A stretch of DNA of 64,000 nt. Origin: Patescibacteria group bacterium. GTDB lineage: Bacteria; Patescibacteriota; Patescibacteriia; JACRDY01. The stretch covers positions 7,552-71,551 of the forward strand of contig JBAZBH010000001.1 in the NCBI GenBank assembly GCA_041671565.1, in the 5' to 3' direction. The translations under genes and the position numbers were made by a program. Below, one piece after another: positions 9,298-18,621 of this stretch (within the stretch, counting starts at the first letter, position 1; every line of letters begins with the position of its first letter). The notes beneath the pieces are model-generated. The model did not search any database, was not told where the DNA came from, and worked only from the letters and a program-made list of their open reading frames with translations.

Positions 9298-9903
9298 ATG
9301 GAAACTGATAAAATAATAAAGGAAGTTTTTGAACGGCAAAACGAAATATTTTCTAATCTGAATTTTGAAAATATTGCTGTTTATCTGTTTTTAAAAGACG
9401 AATACACAAAACAGAATATTCTGAATAATTTTGTATTTCAATTTGTTTTTAGATCATTTTATAGGATGGACAGCGCTGGGTTGTCCGATGAAATAAAAAG
9501 TTGTTATTTTAAATTATTGGCAAATAAACAAACAAAATTAGAAATAATTTTATCGGAACTGTATAAAATTCCTACATTAAAAAATAAAAAAACGATACAA
9601 TTCAGTTTTAGCACAAAATTACTTCACACAATTGATAATAATTTACCTATTTTTGATTCGGAGGTTGGAAAAATATTTAATTTAAAAGTAAGCGGTAAAA
9701 ATGAGGATGAAAAAATTGCTTCGTGCATTAAAATATATGACACTTTAAAAGTTTACTACTTGGAATTAAATAATGCGGAAGAAATAAAAGAAGTTATTTC
9801 AAAATTCAGACAAAGATTTGATGTTGATATTAATAAAATTTCGAATACAAAAATATTAGATTTTATTTTTTGGTCACTAGGAAAATTAGAATTTAAACAA
9901 TAA
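9298..9903 (+). CDS. Hypothetical protein, AT-rich. Second gene of the cassette.
   Basis: Its start overlaps the upstream stop (TAAAATG), suggesting translational coupling. Its stop lies 2 nt before the gltX start. No recognisable motifs. Confidence 0.5.
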   Translation: METDKIIKEVFERQNEIFSNLNFENIAVYLFLKDEYTKQNILNNFVFQFVFRSFYRMDSAGLSDEIKSCYFKLLANKQTKLEIILSELYKIPTLKNKKTIQFSFSTKLLHTIDNNLPIFDSEVGKIFNLKVSGKNEDEKIASCIKIYDTLKVYYLELNNAEEIKEVISKFRQRFDVDINKISNTKILDFIFWSLGKLEFKQ

Positions 9904-9905
9904 TT

Positions 9906-11390
9906 ATGAAATTAAAATCTCAAAATGTCCGCGTCCGTTTTGCCCCGAGCCCGACTGGCTTTGTCCATGTCGGAAGTTTACTGGCCGCGCTTTATAATTG
10001 GCTGGAGGCGAAGAAAAATGGCGGGGTTTTTATTTTGCGGGTGGAGGATACGGATCAGGCGCGGCTAGTGGAGGGGAGTGTGGAGAATTTACTGAAAGTC
10101 CTGCGCTGGGCCGGACTGGACCCGGACGAGGGCGTTAGCTTCGATAAAGCAGGGAAAGTGACGGAAAAGGGCGAATTTGGGCCTTATACACAGTCAAAAC
10201 GGCTGGATATCTACCGGCAGTACGCGAAGGAGCTAATTGATAAGGACGAAGCGTATTATTGCTTTTGCACTAAAGACCGGCTAGACACTCTCCGCGCCGA
10301 GCAGGAAAAAAATAAACAACTGACTAAATACGACGGCCTCTGCCGGCATTTAACCGAAGATGAAGTCGCGGAGAAATTAAAAAATCAGGAAAGCTTTGTT
10401 ATCCGCCAAAAAGTGCCAACCGGACAGGAAGTAGTACTCCACGACTTGATCCGCGGCGAAGTAAAGTTTCCGACTGACTCGCTGGACGACTCGGTCCTGA
10501 TGAAATCCGACGGCTTTCCGACTTACCATCTCGCCGTGGTGGTGGACGACCATCTGATGCAAATCACGCATGTTATCCGCGCGCAGGAATGGTTGCCGAG
10601 CTCGCCGAAGCACTTACTGTTATACAAATCTTTTGGCTGGACGGCGCCGCAGTTCGCGCATCTGTCGCATTTATTAAACAAAGACCGCAGTAAACTTTCC
10701 AAACGCCAGGGCGATGTGGCGGTGGAAGATTATATTAAATCCGGCTATTTACCGGAAGCGATGCTGAATTTCCTTGCCATCACCGGTTGGAACCCCGGGG
10801 AGGGGACTGAGCAAGAAATTTACTCGTTAAAAGAGTTGGCCAAAAAATTCAGTCTGGACCGAGTCCACAAAACCGGCGCGGTGTTTGACCGGGAAAAATT
10901 GGATTGGATAAATGGGTTGTATATTCGGAACTTAGATATTAAAGAATTGACGAAGTTGTGTCTGCCGTATCTCGGTGAATCGGTAATCGGTAATCAGAAA
11001 TCGGAATATGTAGAAAAGGTTATCGCTTTAGAACGGGAACGGATGAAGAAGCTGTCGGACATTAGCGAAAGCACCGGTTTCTTTTTTAGCGAGCCGGAGT
11101 ATCCGGCCGCGATGCTGGTCTGGAAAAAATCTGATCAAGAGAAAACCAAGGCGACACTGATCAAACTCGCCGGGTTTCTTGGTGGCGTTAAAAAATGGAA
11201 TAAAACTGATTTGGAAACTGCAGCGATCGCCTGGATCAGCGAGCAAGGCCTGACCAACGGCGAGACTCTCTGGCCGATGCGGGTCGCCCTGACCGGTAAA
11301 GACAAAAGCCCGGGTCCGTTTGAAGTGGCTGATGTCCTCGGCGCGGAAAAAACTTTGGCGCGACTCAACGCCGCCATCGCCAAATTGTAG
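9906..11390 (+). CDS. gltX: Glutamyl-tRNA synthetase
   Basis: A class I HIGH-type motif is present (PSPTGFVHVGS), as is a KMSKS-type motif (KLSKRQG). Confidence 0.9.
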   Translation: MKLKSQNVRVRFAPSPTGFVHVGSLLAALYNWLEAKKNGGVFILRVEDTDQARLVEGSVENLLKVLRWAGLDPDEGVSFDKAGKVTEKGEFGPYTQSKRLDIYRQYAKELIDKDEAYYCFCTKDRLDTLRAEQEKNKQLTKYDGLCRHLTEDEVAEKLKNQESFVIRQKVPTGQEVVLHDLIRGEVKFPTDSLDDSVLMKSDGFPTYHLAVVVDDHLMQITHVIRAQEWLPSSPKHLLLYKSFGWTAPQFAHLSHLLNKDRSKLSKRQGDVAVEDYIKSGYLPEAMLNFLAITGWNPGEGTEQEIYSLKELAKKFSLDRVHKTGAVFDREKLDWINGLYIRNLDIKELTKLCLPYLGESVIGNQKSEYVEKVIALERERMKKLSDISESTGFFFSEPEYPAAMLVWKKSDQEKTKATLIKLAGFLGGVKKWNKTDLETAAIAWISEQGLTNGETLWPMRVALTGKDKSPGPFEVADVLGAEKTLARLNAAIAKL

Positions 11391-11412
11391 CCTTTTTGCT
11401 ATAATTAGCTTA

Positions 11413-12654
11413 ATGAAAACAAAAACTAAAATTATTGGCTTATTTACTTTAACCATTGCCGTTTTGGCTGTGGTTTTATTTAATTTTAGCGTAGTTAAGG
11501 CCGAGACCCTGACTATTTCGGCGGTTAACAACCAGCAAGTCCAAGACCTGGAAGCCGAACGCGAGCTGAAGAAACTAGAGATTGAAAAAATCCAGAAAAA
11601 ACTGGAAGTCTACGAAAAAAGCCTGGCGGACAAACGGCAAGAAAAAATTACCCTGCAAAACGAACTGGAGATTCTCTCGGAACAAATCCAGCAGACCGAG
11701 CTGAAAAGCAAAAAACTTAACCTGCAAATTGACGAAACTAACCTGGAAATCCAGGCCGTCCTCCTCCGCATCATTGACCAGGAGACGGAAATCGCCAAAC
11801 AAAAACAGCAGCTCGGGGAAATGATCCGCCAGATTGACTTTAACGATCAAAAAAATTATCTGGAGATCCTGACCGCCAGTGGCACTTTTTCTGATTTTTT
11901 TGATGAAGTGGTCCAACTCTCAACGGTCCAAAGCAGCCTCCAGCGGTCGCTGACTGAAGTTAAAGCGCTCCGCGACGATCTGACTGCCCAGCGCGCCGAA
12001 CTGGAGAAAAAAAGCGCCGACTTGAACACCCTCAAAGACGAACTAACCACCAATCTTTCTAAACTGGACGGCCAGGAATCAGCCAAAACTTATTACCTCA
12101 CTACCGCAAAAAAATCAGAAAAAAAATTCCAAAGCCTGATTGATGAAGCCAAAAAAGAACAACAACAAATTAACAGCGACATTGTCGCCTTGGAAAAAAG
12201 CATCCGGCAAAAACTGGCGGGGGAGGGGGAAGTCGTTAACAGCACCGGGCGGCTGATCTGGCCGACGCCCAAAAACACCATTACCGCGTTTTTTCATGAC
12301 CCGGACTATCCTTTCCGCAATATCTTCGAACATCCGGCGATTGACTACCGTACCCCTCAAGGCACACCGGTCAAAGCGGCCGACAGCGGCTATGTGGCGC
12401 AAGTCAAAAACGGCGGCGCCCGCGGCTACAGTTATATCATGATTATCCACAGTAACGGCCTAGCAACGGTCTACGGCCATGTCAGCAAAATATATGTCAA
12501 AGCCGATACCCCGGTCAAGCAAGGCGATATTATCGGCCTTTCCGGCGGTATGCCCGGCACCTCGGGCGCGGGGAATCTGACCAGCGGGCCGCACATGCAT
12601 TTTGAGGTGCGGCTTAACGGCATACCAGTGAACCCATTAGACTACCTGCCTTAG
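11413..12654 (+). CDS. Secreted coiled-coil M23 (LytM-type) peptidase, EnvC-like.
   Basis: It has a signal peptide and a long coiled-coil region. The C-terminal M23 motifs are HPAIDYRTP...GYV...GHVS and HMHFEV. The start was set at the Met just before the signal peptide. Confidence 0.8.
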   Translation: MKTKTKIIGLFTLTIAVLAVVLFNFSVVKAETLTISAVNNQQVQDLEAERELKKLEIEKIQKKLEVYEKSLADKRQEKITLQNELEILSEQIQQTELKSKKLNLQIDETNLEIQAVLLRIIDQETEIAKQKQQLGEMIRQIDFNDQKNYLEILTASGTFSDFFDEVVQLSTVQSSLQRSLTEVKALRDDLTAQRAELEKKSADLNTLKDELTTNLSKLDGQESAKTYYLTTAKKSEKKFQSLIDEAKKEQQQINSDIVALEKSIRQKLAGEGEVVNSTGRLIWPTPKNTITAFFHDPDYPFRNIFEHPAIDYRTPQGTPVKAADSGYVAQVKNGGARGYSYIMIIHSNGLATVYGHVSKIYVKADTPVKQGDIIGLSGGMPGTSGAGNLTSGPHMHFEVRLNGIPVNPLDYLP

Positions 12655-12688
12655 AATAGATTAAAATTTATCTTTTAATCCCCAGCTC

Positions 12689-12850
12689 TAAATCATAAAT
12701 CCAAAATTATAAATAACAAATAAATTATAAATTCAGAAATCTTAAGCAATAAACGGTTCGGGTTAGGAGTTTACCTGCCTGCGCAGGCAGGGGATTTATT
12801 GATTTAATGCTTATGATTTATTTGTTATTTATAATTTTGGATTTATGATT
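12689..12850. repeat. Large AT-rich inverted repeat with ~36-bp arms. Its spacer contains a perfect 18-bp palindrome, cctgcctgcgcaggcagg.
   Basis: aaatcataaatccaaaattataaataacaaataaat ... atttatttgttatttataattttggatttatgattt. Confidence 0.7.
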
Positions 12851-13101
12851 TCTTTAAAGAGTTAGATTTTACCATCAGCTAAAAAACCGCTCGATCGGAT
12901 TAAAACTCCTACTTTAGCAGTAGGAGTTTTGTGTTTAAATTTAAAGCTTTTTGTGGTTTTTCAGCTTAGATATCCACAGAATAATTAGGTGGCAGACACA
13001 AGATATTGTATACTAGAAAAATCTTAACCACTAAATATAGACTTTAACCAGCCCGCCGCGGGCTATATTTTTTCTCTCTAAAAATTAAAACAAAAAAACC
13101 T

Positions 13102-15885
13102 ATGGCTCTCTCCAAAATTAAAAAACGCAGCGGCCAACTAGCTGATTTTGACCGGCATAAAATTGAACGGGCAATCACTCTAGCTAGCCAAGCCGTCGCC
13201 GCGGGCTTAACCCCCGAAATTGTCAGCGCTTTAGCCGACGCGATAACAGCTGAGTTGGAACAGCGGCATAACGAGCATTCTTTCCCGGAAGTGGAAGAAA
13301 CTCAAGACCTGGTAGAAAAAACTCTGATGGCCGCCGGACATTTTAGCGTAGCCAAAGCCTATATTTTATATCGAAAATCCAGAGAAAAAGACCGCCAAGC
13401 GGCCCAAGCGGCGATTAACCAAAAAATTAAAGGCCGGTCGCTAATAATTATCAAACGGTCAGGCGCGGCGCAACCATTTGACCCGGCTAAACTCCAAAAA
13501 ACGCTAAAATTTATTTTGCCGCCAACCGTTAATGAAACGGCGATTAACCGCATTATTGAGCTGGCGGAAAACAACCTGCAGGAACAAGCTACCACCGAAG
13601 AAATCTCTGAAGCCCTAATTCTCGCCGTGCGCTCGCTGATTGAACTGGAGCCGGAGATTTATTCCCGCGCCGCCGCTCAATTGCTTTTTAGCCGAATTTA
13701 TAAGTCAGCGCTGGGCGCCGATAAAATTGATTTTACGCGGCTGGCGGAACAACACCGTGAAGCGTTTGCCGTTTATCTCCGCCAAGCCGTCGCCGCTGAG
13801 CGGCTGGATCCACGCCTCTTAGATTTTGATCTAACTAAACTGACCGCCGCCTTGCGGCTGGAACGGGATGATTTATTTCAATATCTGGGCGCCGCCACTT
13901 TAGCCAATCGTTATCTCATCAGAGATGTCGTGACCAAAAAAATCTGGGAAACGCCGCAATTTTTCTGGTTGCGCGTCGCCATGGGCGTGGCGCTGGCGGA
14001 GACCGCTGACCAACGGACGGACAAAGCCATTGAATTTTATAATATTATCTCCACCCTGCACTTTCTGCCGTCTTCACCCACACTCTTCCATGCCGGCACC
14101 CTTTTGCCGCAATGCAGTTCGTGTTACCTGACCTTTATTGATGACTCACTCGACCATATTTTCAAAGCCATTGGCGACAATGCCCAGCTGTCCAAATGGG
14201 CCGGCGGCGTGGCTAATGATTGGAGTAGTTTGCGCGGTGTCGGCGCTTTGATCAAAGGCACCGGTGTCGCCAGCCAGGGCGTCGTGCCCTTCTTGAAAAT
14301 CGCCAACGATACCACCGTGGCCATTAACCGCAGCGGCCGGCGGCGGGGCGCCACTTGCGCTTACATGGAAACTTGGCATTATGATATTGAAGATTTTTTG
14401 GAACTAAAGAAAAACACCGGCGACGAACGGCGCCGGACGCATGACATGAACACCGCCAACTGGGTGCCGGATTTGTTTATGAAACGGGTGCGCGACAACG
14501 GCCCTTGGACGCTTTTTTCCCCTGAAGAAACGCCGGAACTGCATGAAACTTATGGCGCCAAGTTTGACGCGCTATATCAAAATTATGAAAAAAAAGCGGC
14601 CGCTGGCGAACTCCGTCTCCATAAAACTCTCCGCGCGCGCGACCTTTGGAAAAAAATGGTCACCATGCTTTTTGAAACCGGCCACCCTTGGATTACCTTT
14701 AAAGACCCCTGCAATGTTCGTTCGCCGCAGGACCATGTCGGCATAGTCCATTCTTCCAACCTCTGCACCGAGATTACTCTTAACACTTCGCGCCAGGAAA
14801 CCGCGGTTTGCAATCTGGGCTCGATTAACCTGCCCGAACACTTAACCGCCACCGGCCAGCTGGATTTACCCCGACTGGAAGCAACGGTCAAAATTGCCAT
14901 GCGGATGCTGGATAATGTGATTGACATTAATTTCTATCCCACGCCGGAAGGCCAAACGGCCAATTGGCGCCACCGGCCGGTGGGCCTCGGCTTGATGGGT
15001 TTTCAGGACGCGCTTTACCGCCAAAATATCAATTTTAATTCCGCCGCTTGCCTGGATTTTGCCGATCAAAGCGGCGAGGCTTTGGCTTATTATGCCTTAC
15101 TCGCTTCCACCGAGCTGGCACGGGAAAGGGGAGCTTATGAAACTTTTCCCGGCTCCAAATGGGATCGCGGCATTTTACCTCTAGACACTTTAGATTTGTT
15201 AGAAAAAGAAAGAGGGGAAAAAATTGATCTGCCGCGGACGGGAAAACTGGATTGGCAAATTGTCCGTCAAGCCATTAAAACACACGGCTTGCGCAACTCT
15301 AACTGTCTGGCAATCGCGCCCACCGCCACCATCGCCAATATCGCCGGCGTTTTCCCCAGTATCGAGCCAATCTACAAAAACGCTTATGTTAAATCAAATA
15401 TTGACGGCGAATTTACTATTATCAACCAATATCTGGTGGCCGACCTCAAAAAGCTTGGCCTATGGAACCAAGCCCTGGCTAATGAACTGAAAGGCCGCGA
15501 CGGCAGTATTGCCGAAATTGAGATTATTCCAGTGGCCATCCGGCAAAAATATCAGGAAACTTTTGACATCGCTCCCGAGTGGCTGATTCGGGCCGCGGCT
15601 CGGCGAGGCAAGTGGTTGGACCAAAGCCAGTCGCTTAATTTATTTGTCAGAAATACTTCCGGTAAAGAAATTACCGAGATGTACTTACTGGCTTGGTCAC
15701 TCGGCCTAAAAACCACATATTATCTCCGTAGCTTGGGCGCCTCAGCCGTGGAAAAAAGCACGCTGGGGCTGCACCAGCAAGCCACTCGCCGCGACTCAGT
15801 CGCCAGCCAGCCAAAAGCCGAGCCCGCCGCTCCCGTTGTCTCGTTTTGCAAATTGGATGACCCGACTTGTGAAGCTTGTCAATAA
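13102..15885 (+). CDS. nrdA: Class I ribonucleotide reductase alpha subunit with an N-terminal ATP-cone.
   Basis: The ATP-cone start is KRSGQLADFDRHKIERAI. Active-site region motifs are CNLGSINL and NSNCLAIAPTATIANIAG. The C-terminal Cys pair is CEAC. Confidence 0.9.
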   Translation: MALSKIKKRSGQLADFDRHKIERAITLASQAVAAGLTPEIVSALADAITAELEQRHNEHSFPEVEETQDLVEKTLMAAGHFSVAKAYILYRKSREKDRQAAQAAINQKIKGRSLIIIKRSGAAQPFDPAKLQKTLKFILPPTVNETAINRIIELAENNLQEQATTEEISEALILAVRSLIELEPEIYSRAAAQLLFSRIYKSALGADKIDFTRLAEQHREAFAVYLRQAVAAERLDPRLLDFDLTKLTAALRLERDDLFQYLGAATLANRYLIRDVVTKKIWETPQFFWLRVAMGVALAETADQRTDKAIEFYNIISTLHFLPSSPTLFHAGTLLPQCSSCYLTFIDDSLDHIFKAIGDNAQLSKWAGGVANDWSSLRGVGALIKGTGVASQGVVPFLKIANDTTVAINRSGRRRGATCAYMETWHYDIEDFLELKKNTGDERRRTHDMNTANWVPDLFMKRVRDNGPWTLFSPEETPELHETYGAKFDALYQNYEKKAAAGELRLHKTLRARDLWKKMVTMLFETGHPWITFKDPCNVRSPQDHVGIVHSSNLCTEITLNTSRQETAVCNLGSINLPEHLTATGQLDLPRLEATVKIAMRMLDNVIDINFYPTPEGQTANWRHRPVGLGLMGFQDALYRQNINFNSAACLDFADQSGEALAYYALLASTELARERGAYETFPGSKWDRGILPLDTLDLLEKERGEKIDLPRTGKLDWQIVRQAIKTHGLRNSNCLAIAPTATIANIAGVFPSIEPIYKNAYVKSNIDGEFTIINQYLVADLKKLGLWNQALANELKGRDGSIAEIEIIPVAIRQKYQETFDIAPEWLIRAAARRGKWLDQSQSLNLFVRNTSGKEITEMYLLAWSLGLKTTYYLRSLGASAVEKSTLGLHQQATRRDSVASQPKAEPAAPVVSFCKLDDPTCEACQ

Positions 15886-15899
15886 TTAAATAAAAAAAT

Positions 15900-16907
15900 A
15901 TGAAAAACAAAAGTATTATCAACAACTCGGCCACTGACCCCAATAAAATTTTACCGCTGACATACCCTTGGGCGCGTGAACATTATAAAACTGGCGTCGC
16001 CAACAACTGGGTACCGGAAGAAGTGCCGATGCAGGATGACATTGAGCTCTGGAAAAAGCAGGGCGCCGGCGCCCTGACACCGGACGAACGGCGGATGATT
16101 CTCTGGAATTTGGGCTTTTTTTCCACCGCCGAAAGCCTGACGGCTAACAATATTGTCCTGGCAATTTACCGCCATATCACCAACCCGGAATGCCGGCAAT
16201 ACCTCCTGCGCCAAGCTTATGAAGAAGCGGTGCACACCGAAACTTTTATCTACTGCTGTGATTCGCTCGGCCTCGATCCCGAGGAAATTTACAATATGTA
16301 TCTGACAATTCCCAGCATCAAAGCTAAAGATGATTTGGTAATCGCCACCACCCAATCGGTTTTAGATCCGACTTTTACCACCGACACTGAAGAGAAAATC
16401 CAAAAATTTGTCCATGATTTAATCAGCTATTATGTGATTATGGAAGGCATCTTTTTTTACGCCGGCTTTGCCATGATGCTGTCGCTCTTACGCGGACGGA
16501 AAATGATCGGGGTCGGGGAGCAGTTCCAATACATTCTGCGCGACGAAACCGTCCATTTGGCTTTTGGCACGGATCTAATCAACACCATTATTCAAGAAAA
16601 TCCAAAAATCTGGACCGCCGACTTTCAGCAAAAAATCAGCCGCGATATTCAAGCGGCCGTGGAGCTGGAAGGGCAATACGCGGTTGACGCTTTGCCACGG
16701 GGGATTTTGGGCTTACAGCCGGAAACCGTCAAACAATATCTGCGCCACATCGCAGACCGGCGGCTAGAACGGCTCGGTCTGCCGACGGTTTATGGCGATG
16801 ATAATCCCTTCCCTTGGATGAGTGAAATTATCGATCTGCGTAAAGAAAAAAACTTCTTCGAAACGCGAGTGACCGAATACCAAACCGGCGGGCTCAATTG
16901 GGATTAA
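15900..16907 (+). CDS. nrdB: Class I ribonucleotide reductase beta (R2) subunit.
   Basis: Di-iron ligand motifs are present (EEAVHTETF, MEGIFFY). It lies immediately downstream of nrdA. Confidence 0.9.
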   Translation: MKNKSIINNSATDPNKILPLTYPWAREHYKTGVANNWVPEEVPMQDDIELWKKQGAGALTPDERRMILWNLGFFSTAESLTANNIVLAIYRHITNPECRQYLLRQAYEEAVHTETFIYCCDSLGLDPEEIYNMYLTIPSIKAKDDLVIATTQSVLDPTFTTDTEEKIQKFVHDLISYYVIMEGIFFYAGFAMMLSLLRGRKMIGVGEQFQYILRDETVHLAFGTDLINTIIQENPKIWTADFQQKISRDIQAAVELEGQYAVDALPRGILGLQPETVKQYLRHIADRRLERLGLPTVYGDDNPFPWMSEIIDLRKEKNFFETRVTEYQTGGLNWD

Positions 16908-16978
16908 TCAATTAATTCATAATTACCAATTTTATGCTTAAACGAAATTTAAGCGGCGGCAACGGTTGTTAGTTGCCA

Positions 16979-17012
16979 AAGAAAAGGGGCAATTTATTTG
17001 CCTCTTTTCTGT
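16979..17012 (+). terminator. Hairpin plus T-rich tail after nrdB.
   Basis: agaaaaggggcaatttatttgcctcttttct. Confidence 0.4.
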
Positions 17013-17070
17013 TGTGGACAAGCCTTTTGCCGCCACCGGTCAACTCTTGCTATGATTCAATTAAGAAAAT

Positions 17071-17724
17071 ATGATTAATCCTCTAAAACTCACTTGGCGG
17101 TCCGAGTCGCCAATAATTGTCCTGATTGCCCTTAGCGCCGCGGCCAGCGTTTGGTTTTATCAAAACATGCCGGCAATCGTGCCGATTCACTGGGGCTTGA
17201 GTGGCCAGGCGGACGGCTATGGTAGCCGGGGGTTTGCCGCTTTTTTCTTTCCCGCGCTCATCTTGGGTTTATATCTCTTACTGACCTTCATTCCTAATCT
17301 CGATCCCAAGAAAAATATCTACGCCGAATTCAAAAAAACCTACTGGATTTTACGGCTGACTTTTATTCTATTTTTTATTCTGATTTATTTCACCGCTTCT
17401 TTGGTCGGAGTAGGGTATAACCTGCCGGTGGGCCAAATTGTCTGCGGTGGCATCGGCCTCTTATTCATCATTATCGGCGCCTGCCTGACTAAGATTAAAC
17501 CCAACTGGTTCGTGGGCATCCGCACGCCCTGGACCTTAAGTGACGACATAGTCTGGGAAAAGACCCATCGGCTCGGCGGCAAGCTGTTTATGCTTGCGGG
17601 CCTCGGCTTTATCGCCAGCATCACCTTGCCGGCCGGTTGGAACTTGGGCCTGGGCCTCGGAGTGACATTTTTGGCAATAATTATTACCGTTGTTTATAGC
17701 TACTGGCTTTCGCGCCAGAATTAA
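17071..17724 (+). CDS. SdpI/YhfL-family membrane protein
   Basis: A multi-TM protein with the family-typical GIRTPWTL motif. Confidence 0.55.
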   Translation: MINPLKLTWRSESPIIVLIALSAAASVWFYQNMPAIVPIHWGLSGQADGYGSRGFAAFFFPALILGLYLLLTFIPNLDPKKNIYAEFKKTYWILRLTFILFFILIYFTASLVGVGYNLPVGQIVCGGIGLLFIIIGACLTKIKPNWFVGIRTPWTLSDDIVWEKTHRLGGKLFMLAGLGFIASITLPAGWNLGLGLGVTFLAIIITVVYSYWLSRQN

Positions 17725-17796
17725 CCGGGCAGAAGATAAAATTCACTTGTTGATAAGTGGATATTGCCTATTTTCTGGAGGAATGAGATAATCTTT

Positions 17797-17824
17797 TTAC
17801 CCCAGTTATTGGGGTATTTTTATC
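17797..17824 (+). terminator. Rho-independent terminator after the SdpI-family gene.
   Basis: accccagttattggggt followed by atttttat. Confidence 0.55.
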
Positions 17825-17845
17825 CCTAACAAATAAGCTAAAATT

Positions 17846-18004
17846 ATGTCTTTTTTTCAAGACGATGAGTCTTTAAACAGCGATGACACTGTCGCCGGCG
17901 ACGACAACGCCGATGAAGTGGAAACCTTGGAAGGCGACGAAGATTTCGCCGACGATGACAGTGATGACGAAGATGAGGATGAAGATGAAGCAACCGAAGA
18001 ATAA
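17846..18004 (+). CDS. Small (52 aa) extremely acidic protein. It is too short to appear in the supplied ORF track.
   Basis: The translation MSFFQDDESLNSDDTVAGDDNADEVETLEGDEDFADDDSDDEDEDEDEATEE* shows clean GAN codon periodicity. A hairpin plus T-run terminator follows. Confidence 0.4.
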   Translation: MSFFQDDESLNSDDTVAGDDNADEVETLEGDEDFADDDSDDEDEDEDEATEE

Positions 18005-18019
18005 ACTTCTGCTGCAAAA

Positions 18020-18050
18020 AAACCTTCGGGGAAACTCGGAGGTTTTTTTA
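18020..18050 (+). terminator. Hairpin plus T7 run after the acidic small ORF.
   Basis: aaccttcggggaaactcggaggttttttta. Confidence 0.5.
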
Positions 18051-18621
18051 TTTAAAACAAGCGCAGTGATCAAGTCTCTAAACCACCGTAAGTAGCTGGC
18101 GTAGGGGCAATTCACGAATTGCCCCAAGCTAATTCAAAAATCTAATCCTTGTTAGATAATACAAATTACCTTAATTTATTACCCTCGTTTTGCCCTCGCC
18201 GGGCAGGCGTTATCCGCCGCGGCGGATAACCAAAGAGTCTTGGGTCATTTTGTCTTGCCTTCCAAGACAAAATGAGCAGACGCGCGGCTACTTGGCAATT
18301 ATTTACTTTTGAATAAAAGACACTGTAGAGGAGTGCTGGTATAAAATCAGTCTAAAAAAATAACCGCGGGGTGATGACCGCGGATTTTGGTTTTGAGGGG
18401 ATGGGGACGGATGATTATTGGATGGGGATTTTTTTGAACTTTGAGCCCTGACGACGGTCTCGCCAACGGCGCCATAAATTGCTGAGGGACGGGGGATAGT
18501 CGCCGCTACATTCAGAGTTGAATAATCCTGTCCAAATGAACGCCCAAGCTTTTTTTAAGCATTGATCAATCCTCCTTGTAAATTATTATCGGCTTTTGGC
18601 CTACTTCTGTCAACCAAAATT

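Noticed and set aside
18100-18620. tRNA, tmRNA, RNase P RNA or SRP RNA in the gene-free region next to the recombinase.
   Set aside because: Searched by eye on both strands for T-loop consensus (GGTTCGAATCC-like), a CCA-proximal acceptor, and the RNase P GGAAAGTCCGG and SRP GGAAGCAGCC motifs. None was found. The region is reported only as structured non-coding DNA.
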